From positions 192,001 to 256,000 of the IMG/VR virus record IMGVR_UViG_3300045988_173816: a DNA stretch of 64,000 bases, one strand, 5' to 3'. Made by a program: the position numbers and the translations under genes. Source of the stretch: a virus. This document shows positions 36,995-46,763 of the stretch, piece after piece. The notes under the pieces are model-generated. The model did not search any database, was not told the origin of the DNA, and was given only the letters and a program-made list of their open reading frames with translations. The first letter of the stretch is position 1. The number at the start of each line of letters is the position of its first letter.

Positions 36995-37204
36995 ATGAGG
37001 TTAGGTGACTTTTTAAGCCTTTCAGATTTGCCTTTAGATAGTGAGTCTAAGGTTGAATTTTATGAGATGAAGAACTTTAAAGAAGACATTTTAGCTAATA
37101 AATTCTCAAACTTGTATATGATGGGTGACGGGGTTGGAGATAAAACTCACGCACCTTACGGTTTGTTGATTAACAGTTCTAACTTGATTGTTTTCTTTGA
37201 ATAA
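36995..37204 (+). CDS. hypothetical small protein
   Basis: The ATG overlaps the TGA of an upstream open frame (ATGA). No family recognised. Confidence 0.5.
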   Translation: MRLGDFLSLSDLPLDSESKVEFYEMKNFKEDILANKFSNLYMMGDGVGDKTHAPYGLLINSSNLIVFFE

Positions 37205-37242
37205 ACAGTAGGAAAAGAAGAAGTAAATAAGGAGATTGTGCT

Positions 37243-38061
37243 TTGAAGTCGTATTTATATCTATCTGATATTCACGCAAATTTTGAGGTATTAAAACAGT
37301 TGGAAACTTTACCAGAGTTCACAGATGAGAATTGTGAAATTCGCTTTGGTGGTGACTATATTGACGGTTTCGAACTAAAACCAAATGCTACCTTAGATAC
37401 CCTTCATTTTGTGAAGGGTTTGTGCGATAATGGAAAAGCAAGAGCGATTGTAGGAAATCATGATATTTTCTTGTTAGATAGCGCTTTTCGTCCTTTTACG
37501 ACTAATTGGTGGTGTTATAATGGTCGAGAGGAAACTCTTGCTAATTTGGGTATTCCTTTTGCTTCTGAGAGCGATTTAAGAGAGCAGTTGTTGTTTTACT
37601 TATATGATGAACTAGTTTGGTTGCGTTCCTTGCCTTATTATATAGAAGACGGTTCTAATATTCTAGTTCACGCAGGTTTTGAGTTAGATTTACCTTTGGA
37701 CAAACAAGATACTGAGGGTATGGTTTGGACTCGTGAGTTTTACATTGACTCTTTAAACCATTTAACTGATGTAGATTTGCACCCAGACTTTAAAGGGAAA
37801 ACAATTATTTCAGGACATACACCAACTTGCACGATGAGTGAATACGAACACCCAGTTAATCCTTGTCAAATCTTGAAAGATAGTTTAGAATTGGATGGTA
37901 AACCTTTGATTACACGTTACTTTATTGATGGGGGTTCTAAGTCCGGTTCTGAGTTTTCTCGTATCAACTTATTAAAATTAGATGAAAATGGAAATGAAAT
38001 TTGGCAAGGATATCTTAATGAGACAGGTTTTCATTTATACTCAGAGCCAACGAACGGGTAA
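37243..38061 (+). CDS. calcineurin-like metallophosphoesterase (PrpA/ApaH/lambda phosphatase type)
   Basis: LSDIHANFE, GGDYIDG, VGNHD, VHAG and SGHTP occur in canonical order. TTG start. Confidence 0.75.
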   Translation: MKSYLYLSDIHANFEVLKQLETLPEFTDENCEIRFGGDYIDGFELKPNATLDTLHFVKGLCDNGKARAIVGNHDIFLLDSAFRPFTTNWWCYNGREETLANLGIPFASESDLREQLLFYLYDELVWLRSLPYYIEDGSNILVHAGFELDLPLDKQDTEGMVWTREFYIDSLNHLTDVDLHPDFKGKTIISGHTPTCTMSEYEHPVNPCQILKDSLELDGKPLITRYFIDGGSKSGSEFSRINLLKLDENGNEIWQGYLNETGFHLYSEPTNG

Positions 38062-38063
38062 CT

Positions 38064-38342
38064 TTGTTAGTAGAAAGTAGTGAAAAGAACATGAATACAC
38101 ACTCAAATTTATTAGGTTTTGACCTCGAAGGTAATTGGACTGGGATGGACTCTCAAACCTTGAGAGACTTTGCAGACTCTTTTATTGATGTAGTTAATTT
38201 TGTGAGTGAAGAAGCTATTGTCTCAGCTATTTCTGTAATGACTCTTTCCCTCATTTGGATAGGATATCCTCAAAACTGGGTGTATTCTGAGTTCAAAGTA
38301 GTTTTTGAAGGTTTACTTAGACGTTACAACAGAGATTTATAA
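38064..38342 (+). CDS. hypothetical protein
   Basis: TTG start in the track. ATG at 38091 is an alternative. Confidence 0.5.
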   Translation: MLVESSEKNMNTHSNLLGFDLEGNWTGMDSQTLRDFADSFIDVVNFVSEEAIVSAISVMTLSLIWIGYPQNWVYSEFKVVFEGLLRRYNRDL

Positions 38343-38365
38343 AAACAGAAAGAGTAGTTTAGACA

Positions 38366-38767
38366 ATGAAAACACCAATGATTTTAACCGACTTAGAAAA
38401 GTTGGTAACAGAGTATACTAGTAAAGACCATAGTTCACAAGGTTTCAATTTCAAATCAAGTGAATTTGATTATGAGTGGGAAGTAAGCAAATTGAATTGG
38501 TACTTTTACTTTAACAGAGAAGATGCAGGTCTTTTTGCAGCCGATTTTCAAGTTGTTCGAGATTATGCTTACTTCCGTATCGAGTTCCCACTTTATCTTT
38601 ATCGTGGCAGTGAATTTTGCTCAGAAGATTCAGAGGTGTTTAAAGATGTAGACTTGGAGTTTTCTTTCCGCAACGGTTGGCTCAAAATAACTACGATTGT
38701 AACTGAGGAAACAGACTTACACCATGTTTTTGATGTTCTGTTTTCTATTCTAAAAGACTATAATTAA
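38366..38767 (+). CDS. hypothetical protein
   Basis: Clean ORF. No family recognised. Confidence 0.6.
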   Translation: MKTPMILTDLEKLVTEYTSKDHSSQGFNFKSSEFDYEWEVSKLNWYFYFNREDAGLFAADFQVVRDYAYFRIEFPLYLYRGSEFCSEDSEVFKDVDLEFSFRNGWLKITTIVTEETDLHHVFDVLFSILKDYN

Positions 38768-38782
38768 ACTGGAGATTATGAA

Positions 38783-39679
38783 ATGAAATTGTGTAAATCC
38801 ACAGAGTGTTCAGATGGTTTAGTTTTTGATACAGTTGTGAATAAATTGGTTCCTTGTCCTTTGTGTGAGGAATTAAGAACAAAACAAGTTATTGAAGGTG
38901 TACAGTCGCAAGAAGGTGTAACTCAAGGTCTATCTGAGAAATTAGGTCTTCGAAGGGTATTCTCTCGTTTGTTTGTAGATTTAAAACAAGTGTTAGGAGA
39001 CTTAACTACTGAGAGTTTAGATATTGAACAGTTTAACTCGATTGAAGATTCAATTGGAGCTTTAGTAGGTTCTCTGTCTCTAGGTAAGAAACCCAAAACT
39101 TCTGTCCTTTTTTACTTAGGTGTGCGAGCCGATATTGAAATGTTAGCCTTTTGGTTATTAGGTTCTGCTTATAAGGCTGGTTTGAGTGTTCATCCTTTTA
39201 TCACACCGTTTCGTTTGCAGGGTATCAAACAAAAGCGTGAGGACTATGAAAACTTAATGTTGAGTGAAGTAGTGGTAATTGCTTATAGTCCTTCTATGCG
39301 TGAAGATGGTTATATGGTGGAGGACTTTGTAAGACAACGCGCTTTTGAAGGGAAATCTACTTATGTAATTTTGACTGATGGTTCTCAAATAAATAACGTT
39401 CTTCAACGGTTGGGTTCTGAGGATAGTTATTCACCTAGACAGTATTTGTATATCGGTATCCCTCGTCAGAATAGTACCGATGAAGAAAAAGTAGCAAGGA
39501 CAAACCGAGTAATTCGTAATTCTAATAAAGTGTTAGGTCTGAGTATGTCTGAGGTTACTTTAGATGAAGTTCAACCACAAAACAGTAATATTAAGAGCAA
39601 GTCTAAATCACAAAGTAAACGGACAAATAAATCAGTTGCAACACTAAGTTCTTCTGAAGCTTCGTTATATAAACTTTAA
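38783..39679 (+). CDS. hypothetical protein with N-terminal zinc-ribbon-like CxxxC...CxxC
   Basis: CKSTEC...CPLCEE at the N-terminus. GGAG RBS. A possible degenerate loader-like ATPase fold was not established. Confidence 0.55.
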   Translation: MKLCKSTECSDGLVFDTVVNKLVPCPLCEELRTKQVIEGVQSQEGVTQGLSEKLGLRRVFSRLFVDLKQVLGDLTTESLDIEQFNSIEDSIGALVGSLSLGKKPKTSVLFYLGVRADIEMLAFWLLGSAYKAGLSVHPFITPFRLQGIKQKREDYENLMLSEVVVIAYSPSMREDGYMVEDFVRQRAFEGKSTYVILTDGSQINNVLQRLGSEDSYSPRQYLYIGIPRQNSTDEEKVARTNRVIRNSNKVLGLSMSEVTLDEVQPQNSNIKSKSKSQSKRTNKSVATLSSSEASLYKL

Positions 39680-39680
39680 T

Positions 39681-40895
39681 TTGCAATTAGGAAAGATAGG
39701 TAAGATTTTGGAATTAGTTAGAAGTAATCAATCAGAGGTTCAAACAAGTAATGGTTATACGACTACCTTACTTGCACAAATCACCTTTGACTCACAAGAT
39801 AAAACGAGTCGTATTGTAGAAGACCCTAATTTACATGGGGATGAAGTTTTTGTAAAGTTAGTCGTAGCACCAGGGAGTACAAATAACACTCCTAGTTCTT
39901 CTATTTCGTTGATTAGAAATGTAGTAGATGTAGCAAGTGGTTTAGAAAAACCGTTTTATGATACATACCCAGTTACGATTGCAGAAGATGGTTCAATATT
40001 GTTGGATTCAAGCTATTATTTAGAAGATACGGCTTTGTTAACCGTTACTCCATTTATGGAAGAGTGGTTAAAAGAGCTTTATAGATTAGCTAGAGAGACT
40101 TTGGCTAGTATGTATTCAGAGAGTGTATCTATTTCAGAAAGTTTGTCCTTATCTGAATCTGAGTCTTTGAGTATTTATCAATCTGAGTCTTTATCCGAGT
40201 CAGAAAGCTTGGCTTTTTCTGAGTCGCAAAGTATTTCAGAGTCGTTCTCTATGTCTACCTCTGCTTCTTTGGATAGTCATAGTCACAGTATGTCTACTTC
40301 GGTTTCAGAACATATAGCTAGTGTTTCCACTAGTGTTTCTAAGTCTTTATCTTTGATTGAGAGTGAAGCTTTACATTCACTCTCGGCATCTATGTCTGAA
40401 CTAGCTTTAAGTGAAGAAACAAAAGTGTTTGATAGTCTTTCTGCTTATGCAGAGAGCGAGCGTTCTAGTTATGAAGTTTTAGAAAGTTTAGCTTTGCAGT
40501 TAGAACCTATTCGATTAGCTTATGAATTAGGTGAGGTTTCTACAGGTGATTTGTTAGAGCAAATGAATCGAGAAGTTTCCTTACCTACCTTGAAGACAGA
40601 TATTTCAAGTGCTTTAGATTATGAAGAAGAGTCTACGGAAGCTGTTGAGGGTATCCTTGTAGATGAAATCCTTGTAGATGAAGAAGATACACCAAGCTCT
40701 TCAAATTCTAAACCTAACCACGGGGGTTTGTTTAGTAGTTTGTTTGGTAAAAAACGAGATTCATATACTGATTTGGTTGCAAAAGAAACGAGTAAACAGA
40801 TTAGTGCTGTAAATAGTCCTGCAAATGTTTCGGTAAAACAACCTACTGAAATTGAAATTGGTGGGGGAGCTTATAAGATTGAGATTGAAGATTAG
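39681..40895 (+). CDS. protein with long Ser-Glu/Ser-Leu repeat region
   Basis: SESVSISESLSLSESESLSIYQSESLSESESLAFSESQSISESFSMSTS... TTG start. Confidence 0.55.
   Translation: MQLGKIGKILELVRSNQSEVQTSNGYTTTLLAQITFDSQDKTSRIVEDPNLHGDEVFVKLVVAPGSTNNTPSSSISLIRNVVDVASGLEKPFYDTYPVTIAEDGSILLDSSYYLEDTALLTVTPFMEEWLKELYRLARETLASMYSESVSISESLSLSESESLSIYQSESLSESESLAFSESQSISESFSMSTSASLDSHSHSMSTSVSEHIASVSTSVSKSLSLIESEALHSLSASMSELALSEETKVFDSLSAYAESERSSYEVLESLALQLEPIRLAYELGEVSTGDLLEQMNREVSLPTLKTDISSALDYEEESTEAVEGILVDEILVDEEDTPSSSNSKPNHGGLFSSLFGKKRDSYTDLVAKETSKQISAVNSPANVSVKQPTEIEIGGGAYKIEIED
40116..40400 (+). repeat. degenerate in-frame tandem repeat (TCTGAGTCT-like units) encoding a Ser-rich region
   Basis: Repeated tctgagtct / tcagagtc units are visible in the DNA. 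Confidence 0.6.
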
Positions 40896-40928
40896 CTTTC
40901 TGCTTTTCTTCTTTTATTTAAAATAGTC

Positions 40929-40957
40929 TTGATTTATTGACTTTATTGTGTTATAAT
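40929..40957 (+). promoter_or_regulatory. sigma-A type promoter
   Basis: TTGATT (40929-40934), 17 bp, TATAAT (40952-40957). Confidence 0.55.
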
Positions 40958-40991
40958 AAACTTATTAAAAAAGAATGCGAGATATTTAAAA

Positions 40992-41930
40992 ATGAAAAAA
41001 TTAACTTTGACAAAAGATCTAGTAGAGAAATATGCACCTTATGTTCGTATCACAACGGACTCTAAACCAAATGTAGGTTCTATTCGTGTAAGTAATAATA
41101 ACTTCCGTTGGAGTGCTTCTAGTGAAGATTTTGAGTATTTGTTTGGTTTGTCTATTGTTATGATGGCTTACTCTTCAGATGTTGTAAATAAGATTAAAGA
41201 GAAATACGGTTTCAAACAACCTTACTTTGACTTCACATTTGAGGGGTATACTCCAATTGAGTTGGTTCAATTGGTTGAGTCTACAGTAGGTCGTAAACTA
41301 CCTAAAGGTGGTCGTCCAAAACCTCAATTTGCAAACTTTAAAGGTACTTTGATTGAGTATGGTACAAAACCACGTGAGGTTGGTTCAACTAAAAAGGATG
41401 AACAAGTGGATACTCCTAAAGTTGAGTCTATTGATGAAGCTAAAGGGTCAAAAACTTCTTCTAAGTCTAAACCTAAAGGTAAAGGTAAGTCTAAGTTAAA
41501 GAAGACTGAGGTAAAATCAAAAGAGTCCACAGAAGCGGTATCTGAGGTTGTAGCTTCAACTACTCAGGAGTCTAGTAAGGTTGTTGAATTCGAAGAGGTA
41601 GTTGTTCCTAAATCTGAAAGTGAGGGTTCAGACGTAGAGTCTGATCGATTTCCCGATTCAACTTCAACTGTGGAAACAGAGCATTTGGAAGTAACTGAAG
41701 TTGAAGAGGTGAATGTTCAAGAACTATTAAATAATTTGGACACGTTGACTGCTGAGTTAGATAGTCTATCTAAAGAATTGGATGAACATAAGTCTAAAAT
41801 TGAAGTTTTAGCAAATGAAAATAAAGTATTGAAAGAGAAGGTAGATACGGCTCTTAAAGGTGTATTCTCTGCTTTGCGTTATACACTTAAAGAGAGTTTT
41901 AATCGTCTTTTTGGTCGTAAACAGAAATAA
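40992..41930 (+). CDS. hypothetical protein with Lys-rich, acidic and coiled-coil segments
   Basis: KSKPKGKGKSKLKK, then an acidic stretch, then a heptad-like LDSLSKELDEHKSKIEVLANENKVLKEKV. Confidence 0.6.
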   Translation: MKKLTLTKDLVEKYAPYVRITTDSKPNVGSIRVSNNNFRWSASSEDFEYLFGLSIVMMAYSSDVVNKIKEKYGFKQPYFDFTFEGYTPIELVQLVESTVGRKLPKGGRPKPQFANFKGTLIEYGTKPREVGSTKKDEQVDTPKVESIDEAKGSKTSSKSKPKGKGKSKLKKTEVKSKESTEAVSEVVASTTQESSKVVEFEEVVVPKSESEGSDVESDRFPDSTSTVETEHLEVTEVEEVNVQELLNNLDTLTAELDSLSKELDEHKSKIEVLANENKVLKEKVDTALKGVFSALRYTLKESFNRLFGRKQK

Positions 41931-41932
41931 GC

Positions 41933-42211
41933 TTGGTATACGTCATGTTTGCAGTTGTAGAATTGATTTTAACGAACAGTCAGAAGATTACATTGAGTGC
42001 TGGAGATCAAATTACGATTGGTGCAGTTGGTGAGGACTACAAAGGGAGTTGGTGTTGTTTATCAAAGACTTCAGATAGTTCTTACCTTCGAAGGTTTTTA
42101 ATTGGAGTGCCAGATGATGCACTGATTAGTGTCGGTCGTAATAGGGTATCCTTTAAGCGTTCTGAGGTTTTCTCAATTAAGGATGTAACTTCTAATTCTG
42201 ATGAAAAGTAG
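41933..42211 (+). CDS. hypothetical small protein
   Basis: TTG start. ATG at 41945 is an alternative. Confidence 0.5.
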   Translation: MVYVMFAVVELILTNSQKITLSAGDQITIGAVGEDYKGSWCCLSKTSDSSYLRRFLIGVPDDALISVGRNRVSFKRSEVFSIKDVTSNSDEK

Positions 42212-42242
42212 CGAGAAATAGGTTGATAAGGTGGATTGAAAA

Positions 42243-43067
42243 ATGGTACATCCCTATTATACAGAGAAGATACTTCCATTCTTGGAACAAAATAAAATTG
42301 TCAATAAGTTGGTGAAAACTCCTTTCTTTGGTACAGGTTTTGAGTTGAAGGAGTTAGCTAAGACCTTGAGAGCAGATGAAGAAATTCGCTATATTACTGC
42401 TTGTAAAAGTGGTGAAGCACGAGTTTTAGTTTGTGTTACCAATTTGCGCTTGCATATTTTGGATAAAGGTTTAATTTTAAATAAATATCAATTAACTGTA
42501 AACTTACCTCAGATTGCAAGTGTGCAAAGAGGTAGAGGTATCTTCTTTGGTTCTGTGGTTATTTCAGTCTTAGGTTTTGATGATAATATTTACCTTACTG
42601 ATTTTTGGGGTAAGGACACCGAAGACTTTCAACGAATTTTGCAAGATGCCATAACTGATTATGGTTTGGGTCGTAGTCAATTCACTCAATCTAATTATTA
42701 TCAACCAAATATAGATTTCAGTGTATATCCAACTAGAGAGGAAATAGCTTCAATGGATCAAGATTATAGACGCAACAATTACCAAATGAATAACCCAGCC
42801 TATAATTATTTAACTGGAGAACCTTTTACAGAAGCAGAACTATTAGAGATGGGTCTTGACCGTTTTGGTCAACCTTTGGAAAAGAAACAAGCGCCTAGTC
42901 AAACTCAAGCTCAACCTAGTCGAAGTGTTTCAAGACCAACTCAACCTAGGGTATCTCAAAATCAACGACAGTCTTTGCAACCTAGAGTTCCAAGACCTCC
43001 AAAGGATGTTTCAAATATGACGACACAAGAAAAGTTTGATGCGCTTGAACGTGGTGGTTGGTTTTAA
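42243..43067 (+). CDS. bacterial PH-domain-like protein with Gln/Pro-rich tail
   Basis: LRADEEIRYITACKSGEARVLVCVTNLRLHILDKG...IASVQRGRGIFFGSVVISV is a YokE/bPH-like pattern. Confidence 0.4.
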   Translation: MVHPYYTEKILPFLEQNKIVNKLVKTPFFGTGFELKELAKTLRADEEIRYITACKSGEARVLVCVTNLRLHILDKGLILNKYQLTVNLPQIASVQRGRGIFFGSVVISVLGFDDNIYLTDFWGKDTEDFQRILQDAITDYGLGRSQFTQSNYYQPNIDFSVYPTREEIASMDQDYRRNNYQMNNPAYNYLTGEPFTEAELLEMGLDRFGQPLEKKQAPSQTQAQPSRSVSRPTQPRVSQNQRQSLQPRVPRPPKDVSNMTTQEKFDALERGGWF

Positions 43068-43107
43068 TTAGATTAAACTAAAAATTAGAGAGGAGACGTT
43101 GTCATAA

Positions 43108-44700
43108 GTGTTTGAAGATAAAGAGCTTTGGGAGTTGATGTCTGAAGCAGAAGATACTGAGTCTGCTTATGTGTCAGATATTACACCTTCTGAGATTTCA
43201 GATAAAAGCCCAGAGGTTCAACTTGAATATTATGAAAATCAAGTGATGGGGTATCTTCTTAGGGATTTCGACTCTCTAAGAGGTCAGATGGGGCGCTTGC
43301 AGAACGATTATTTCCGCAATGAGAATTATGTGCTTTATTCTATGTTGAAGAAAGTACAGATGGAAAGAGGTTTGTTGCTTGATTTAGACTACTTGAAAGT
43401 TTACTTGCAAGCAAACGCTTCTGAGATTGCGCAAGATACTGACCGTATTCAATTTGAATCTTATGTAAGTGAAGGTTCAACTGCTATTGAAGGTTTATTA
43501 GTTTCGGTAGTAGAGGTTTACCAAAAATATCGTAATCCTTCCTTCTTGAAAGAACCAACTTTTGAAGATGCTTTAACTCGTTTTAAATTGGTTTATGCTA
43601 AATTAGCATTTAACGATTCTTTGCAACAGGCTTCGATTGCACTTACTAACCCTATTCGTTCGCAGAGAAAAACATTCTTTGGTATCGAAGGTGCACTTGA
43701 TTTCCTTTCACAGAAAGTAAATAGTATTAAGGCTTCCCTAGGTAAAGAGAACTCTTACCAATTGGTTTGTGCATCTGATATTGACTTTGAAGAGGAAGAA
43801 TCTCGTAGACCTACTTTACTTTCCAACTTGCAACACTTACCAACTTTGAGTGAGACTATTGGAGGTATTTACACCAATACTTTTGCAGTCTTTGCAGCAC
43901 CAGAAAAGGGGATGAAGTCAAAATTTGCAGTTCGCTTGTCTCATGAAATTCTCTTAAATGGTTTTGGTATTTGTTTTTGGGGTAAGGAAGGTGGAGCTGG
44001 AAAGGTAATGGCTGAGTTGCGTGCAACTCACTTTGATTACTACTACAACGTACAAAGAGGTCAAAACTACGAAAAGATTGCTGGTATCGACATTCAACGT
44101 GGTACTTTAGATAGTTCTGTTGCAGAGTTAGAAAAAATTTCTCGTATGGACTTGGTAAGTAACCCAAATTATGGTAAAATATATTTACCAGATTATCCGT
44201 TTGAGTTGGAATCGGTTGAAACGGTTCTCCGAGTTGCAGCAGAGGAAAAAGAGTGTAAGTTTGTTGTCATTGACTACGCACAAGCGATGGATAGCAGTCA
44301 ATACCCAGATAAGAAAACCATGTTAGAGAAATTGTCTATACGTTTAGAGACTTTGAAAGGGTTGTTGGACATTTGTGTTTGGCTACCTTCTCAGTTAGCG
44401 ACTGATGTTATTCAAGACTTAGGTAAGGGTATCCACCGTGAGTTGCGAAATGTTACGGCTGACTCGAAAGAGTTGACAAAATCGGCAGACTTAAACTTAA
44501 TGTTGTATACAAATGATGCTATGTCTGCAAAGAATATAGCGAAAATGTACTTACTTCCTTCACGTTTAGCCGGAGAAATGGCTCCAATTTCAGTTTTTAC
44601 GGATAAAGTGGCAAATAATGTGATTGAGATGAAAGACCAAGTGATAGAAATGCGGAACGGTGAAGCTGTCGTCTTGGACGTTGAGGATATAAATGTCTAA
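43108..44700 (+). CDS. DnaB-like replicative helicase
   Basis: N-terminal QLEYYENQVMGYLLRD. P-loop-like FAAPEKGMKSKF. Walker B/H2 FVVIDYAQAMD is very DnaB-like. GTG start after GAGAGGAG. Confidence 0.7.
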   Translation: MFEDKELWELMSEAEDTESAYVSDITPSEISDKSPEVQLEYYENQVMGYLLRDFDSLRGQMGRLQNDYFRNENYVLYSMLKKVQMERGLLLDLDYLKVYLQANASEIAQDTDRIQFESYVSEGSTAIEGLLVSVVEVYQKYRNPSFLKEPTFEDALTRFKLVYAKLAFNDSLQQASIALTNPIRSQRKTFFGIEGALDFLSQKVNSIKASLGKENSYQLVCASDIDFEEEESRRPTLLSNLQHLPTLSETIGGIYTNTFAVFAAPEKGMKSKFAVRLSHEILLNGFGICFWGKEGGAGKVMAELRATHFDYYYNVQRGQNYEKIAGIDIQRGTLDSSVAELEKISRMDLVSNPNYGKIYLPDYPFELESVETVLRVAAEEKECKFVVIDYAQAMDSSQYPDKKTMLEKLSIRLETLKGLLDICVWLPSQLATDVIQDLGKGIHRELRNVTADSKELTKSADLNLMLYTNDAMSAKNIAKMYLLPSRLAGEMAPISVFTDKVANNVIEMKDQVIEMRNGEAVVLDVEDINV

Positions 44701-46105
44701 GTTTGAAATATGTGTGAGTGTCGAGGATTTAGCGCAGTTCTTTAAGGTGTCTGAGGACTATGTTCGTTCTCAGGCTCAGTATGAAGTCATGAAAGTAAAA
44801 GGGGATTTAGAAGTTATTTCTAAAGAGACTTACCCACGATTAAGTAAGGTGTTGTTTTCACAAGCACCTTCTTTGTGCGTTTATACTTTGGAGTCTGTGA
44901 CTGGGGTTTTGAAGTCTATTTATGATAAGCGTGAATTTATAGATAAGTTTTTAGATTCTGAACCTAAGTCTATTGTGAAAGATTTATTCACAGGAGTATT
45001 GTATTATTGGTCAGATAGTATTATTTCTGAGTATTATCAGTTTGTAAAAGACTTACAAAAGCAATTATTATTTACATTAGAGAAGGTTGCTTTAGATTTT
45101 GATTTAGAACCCGTTCAACTCTATTCTTTGATACGTTACCTAGATTTACGTTTAGTTCCGTTGGTGGGTTCTAAAACTCAGCGCAAGGTTTATATTTTAC
45201 CTAGTGTAACTTATGCTACTATTTGTGCTTATTTAACTCAAAATCAGTTAGTTGATTTGACTTTAACTGAGAGAGGTCGTTTAACTTCTATGGGAGTTAA
45301 ACCAGAATATGTTAAAAGTGCAGGTACGTTTTTAAATAAAACAGTCTTGGACTATTTAAGGAGTTCAAACTCTCAAGGTTCGGTTGAAATTGAAGGTAAA
45401 TTTTATGTTCCTTACACGACATTTTTAGCACAACTAGGTTTGAAACCTATGGATATTTCTAGTGGGTTGAAAACTTTGTTAGTGGATACTTCGGTATCTG
45501 AGGGTGAATTTGTTTCTTATGATTTTGTTCGAGAGGTTGACACCTATAAACAGAACAATGCAGCTTTAGATATTCGGTTGTGTTTACTTTGTTGTTTAGA
45601 TTTATTAGATAAAGATACGGCTTTAACATTGATTTCTAGCTATGAGTTTAGAGGGTACTATAATCAAATTTTATCTCGTAAATTTGTACCTCTAAGCAAG
45701 TCTAGTTATAAGTATGTTGCAGAAAATTCTAAACCTTTAGTGTGTCAACAGTTACAGTTACCTTTTTATTCCAAAGAATTATTTTTACAGACTCTACGTG
45801 TTGTAGTAAGAGGTTTACCACTAGACACTACCTACACAGGGTATCTAAGTGTTTATCGTCTTGCTGAGTTTTTAACACAGTCAAGTGAAACTTATAAAGT
45901 ACCTATATTTTTAACTAAACGTGATAGTGGATTTGAGGTTGCAGCCAATAAGAAGAGTTGGAACTCTTTAATTTCTGTCTCTTCAAGTATTATTCTAGCA
46001 CCAGAGTCTTTAGTTTCCGAGGGTTTGTTACAAGCTTATTATGATTGGGAAACTAAGGAATATGAGTATATTAGTAAAGGGGTTGAGGAAATTTTAAATG
46101 GTTAA
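44693..46105 (+). CDS. hypothetical protein (repeated HTH-like modules?)
   Basis: The start overlaps the helicase stop. VEDLAQFFKVSEDYVRSQ and LEKVALDFDLEPVQLYSLIRYL look like repeated small DNA-binding modules. Confidence 0.55.
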   Translation: MSKFEICVSVEDLAQFFKVSEDYVRSQAQYEVMKVKGDLEVISKETYPRLSKVLFSQAPSLCVYTLESVTGVLKSIYDKREFIDKFLDSEPKSIVKDLFTGVLYYWSDSIISEYYQFVKDLQKQLLFTLEKVALDFDLEPVQLYSLIRYLDLRLVPLVGSKTQRKVYILPSVTYATICAYLTQNQLVDLTLTERGRLTSMGVKPEYVKSAGTFLNKTVLDYLRSSNSQGSVEIEGKFYVPYTTFLAQLGLKPMDISSGLKTLLVDTSVSEGEFVSYDFVREVDTYKQNNAALDIRLCLLCCLDLLDKDTALTLISSYEFRGYYNQILSRKFVPLSKSSYKYVAENSKPLVCQQLQLPFYSKELFLQTLRVVVRGLPLDTTYTGYLSVYRLAEFLTQSSETYKVPIFLTKRDSGFEVAANKKSWNSLISVSSSIILAPESLVSEGLLQAYYDWETKEYEYISKGVEEILNG

Positions 46106-46763
46106 ACAACAGTTTACAAAAGAGATATTAGATCAATTTGTAGAAGATTTCTACGACCTCTTTATGGAGGGTATTTTAGAGTTTACGAATAAGTACACAA
46201 TTGTATATAAAGAAGAGTTAAACAGTAGTGAAGCTCGTTCGGTGATTGATTTAGGTTTGGCTTATGATTGGTTATGGATTGCTGAGATTGAAGGGACTCC
46301 ACTTGTTTATATTGAAGTTGTGGATTTAGTAGTTCAAGAGTGTCTATTAGTTCACTATACAAAACAGTTGGGGTATTCAGATTTGCAAGCTGAAACTACA
46401 ATCAAAGAGTTGAAAGATTTATATTTAGCTGAAGTGGTGCGTTTTTTGCACGAGTTGACGAATTTGATTGGTGAACAAGATAATTTGAGATCTTTTGCAG
46501 TTGCAAGTTTAGTAGATGAGCATCATTTACGTTTAGATAAAAAGTTGGTTCCTACTTTCCATTTATCTTTAACTGAGATGTTTAAATTGTTGGAAAGTTT
46601 ACAACTTCGTCCTTATGGTTTTTGGGAGGGTCAAGAACATCATCAGTTCAAAGAACCTAAAGGGTATTTCGAAAAACCTCTTAAGGGTGTTCGTGTAGAT
46701 GAGTTAGTTTCTGCAATTTTTATCAGAGGTGTTTATCCAAAAAGAAAGTCGGTGCATGATTAG
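46098..46763 (+). CDS. hypothetical protein
   Basis: Overlapping start. No family recognised. Confidence 0.55.
   Translation: MVKQQFTKEILDQFVEDFYDLFMEGILEFTNKYTIVYKEELNSSEARSVIDLGLAYDWLWIAEIEGTPLVYIEVVDLVVQECLLVHYTKQLGYSDLQAETTIKELKDLYLAEVVRFLHELTNLIGEQDNLRSFAVASLVDEHHLRLDKKLVPTFHLSLTEMFKLLESLQLRPYGFWEGQEHHQFKEPKGYFEKPLKGVRVDELVSAIFIRGVYPKRKSVHD

Noticed and set aside
36711-36998. Open reading frame running from inside the tnpB 3' end to the TGA at 36996-36998
   Set aside because: There is no ATG or GTG start, and only a poorly placed TTG at 36867. The upstream half overlaps the structured omega-RNA-like region. Only the last ~45 codons look protein-like. It is reported as a possible gene remnant, not as a CDS.
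40116-40400. Possible CRISPR or satellite array in the repetitive Ser-rich region (also 7330-7480 and 17146-17200)
   Set aside because: The repeats are short, degenerate, in frame and inside ORFs. There is no repeat-spacer organisation. No CRISPR array, tRNA or rRNA gene was seen anywhere in the window.
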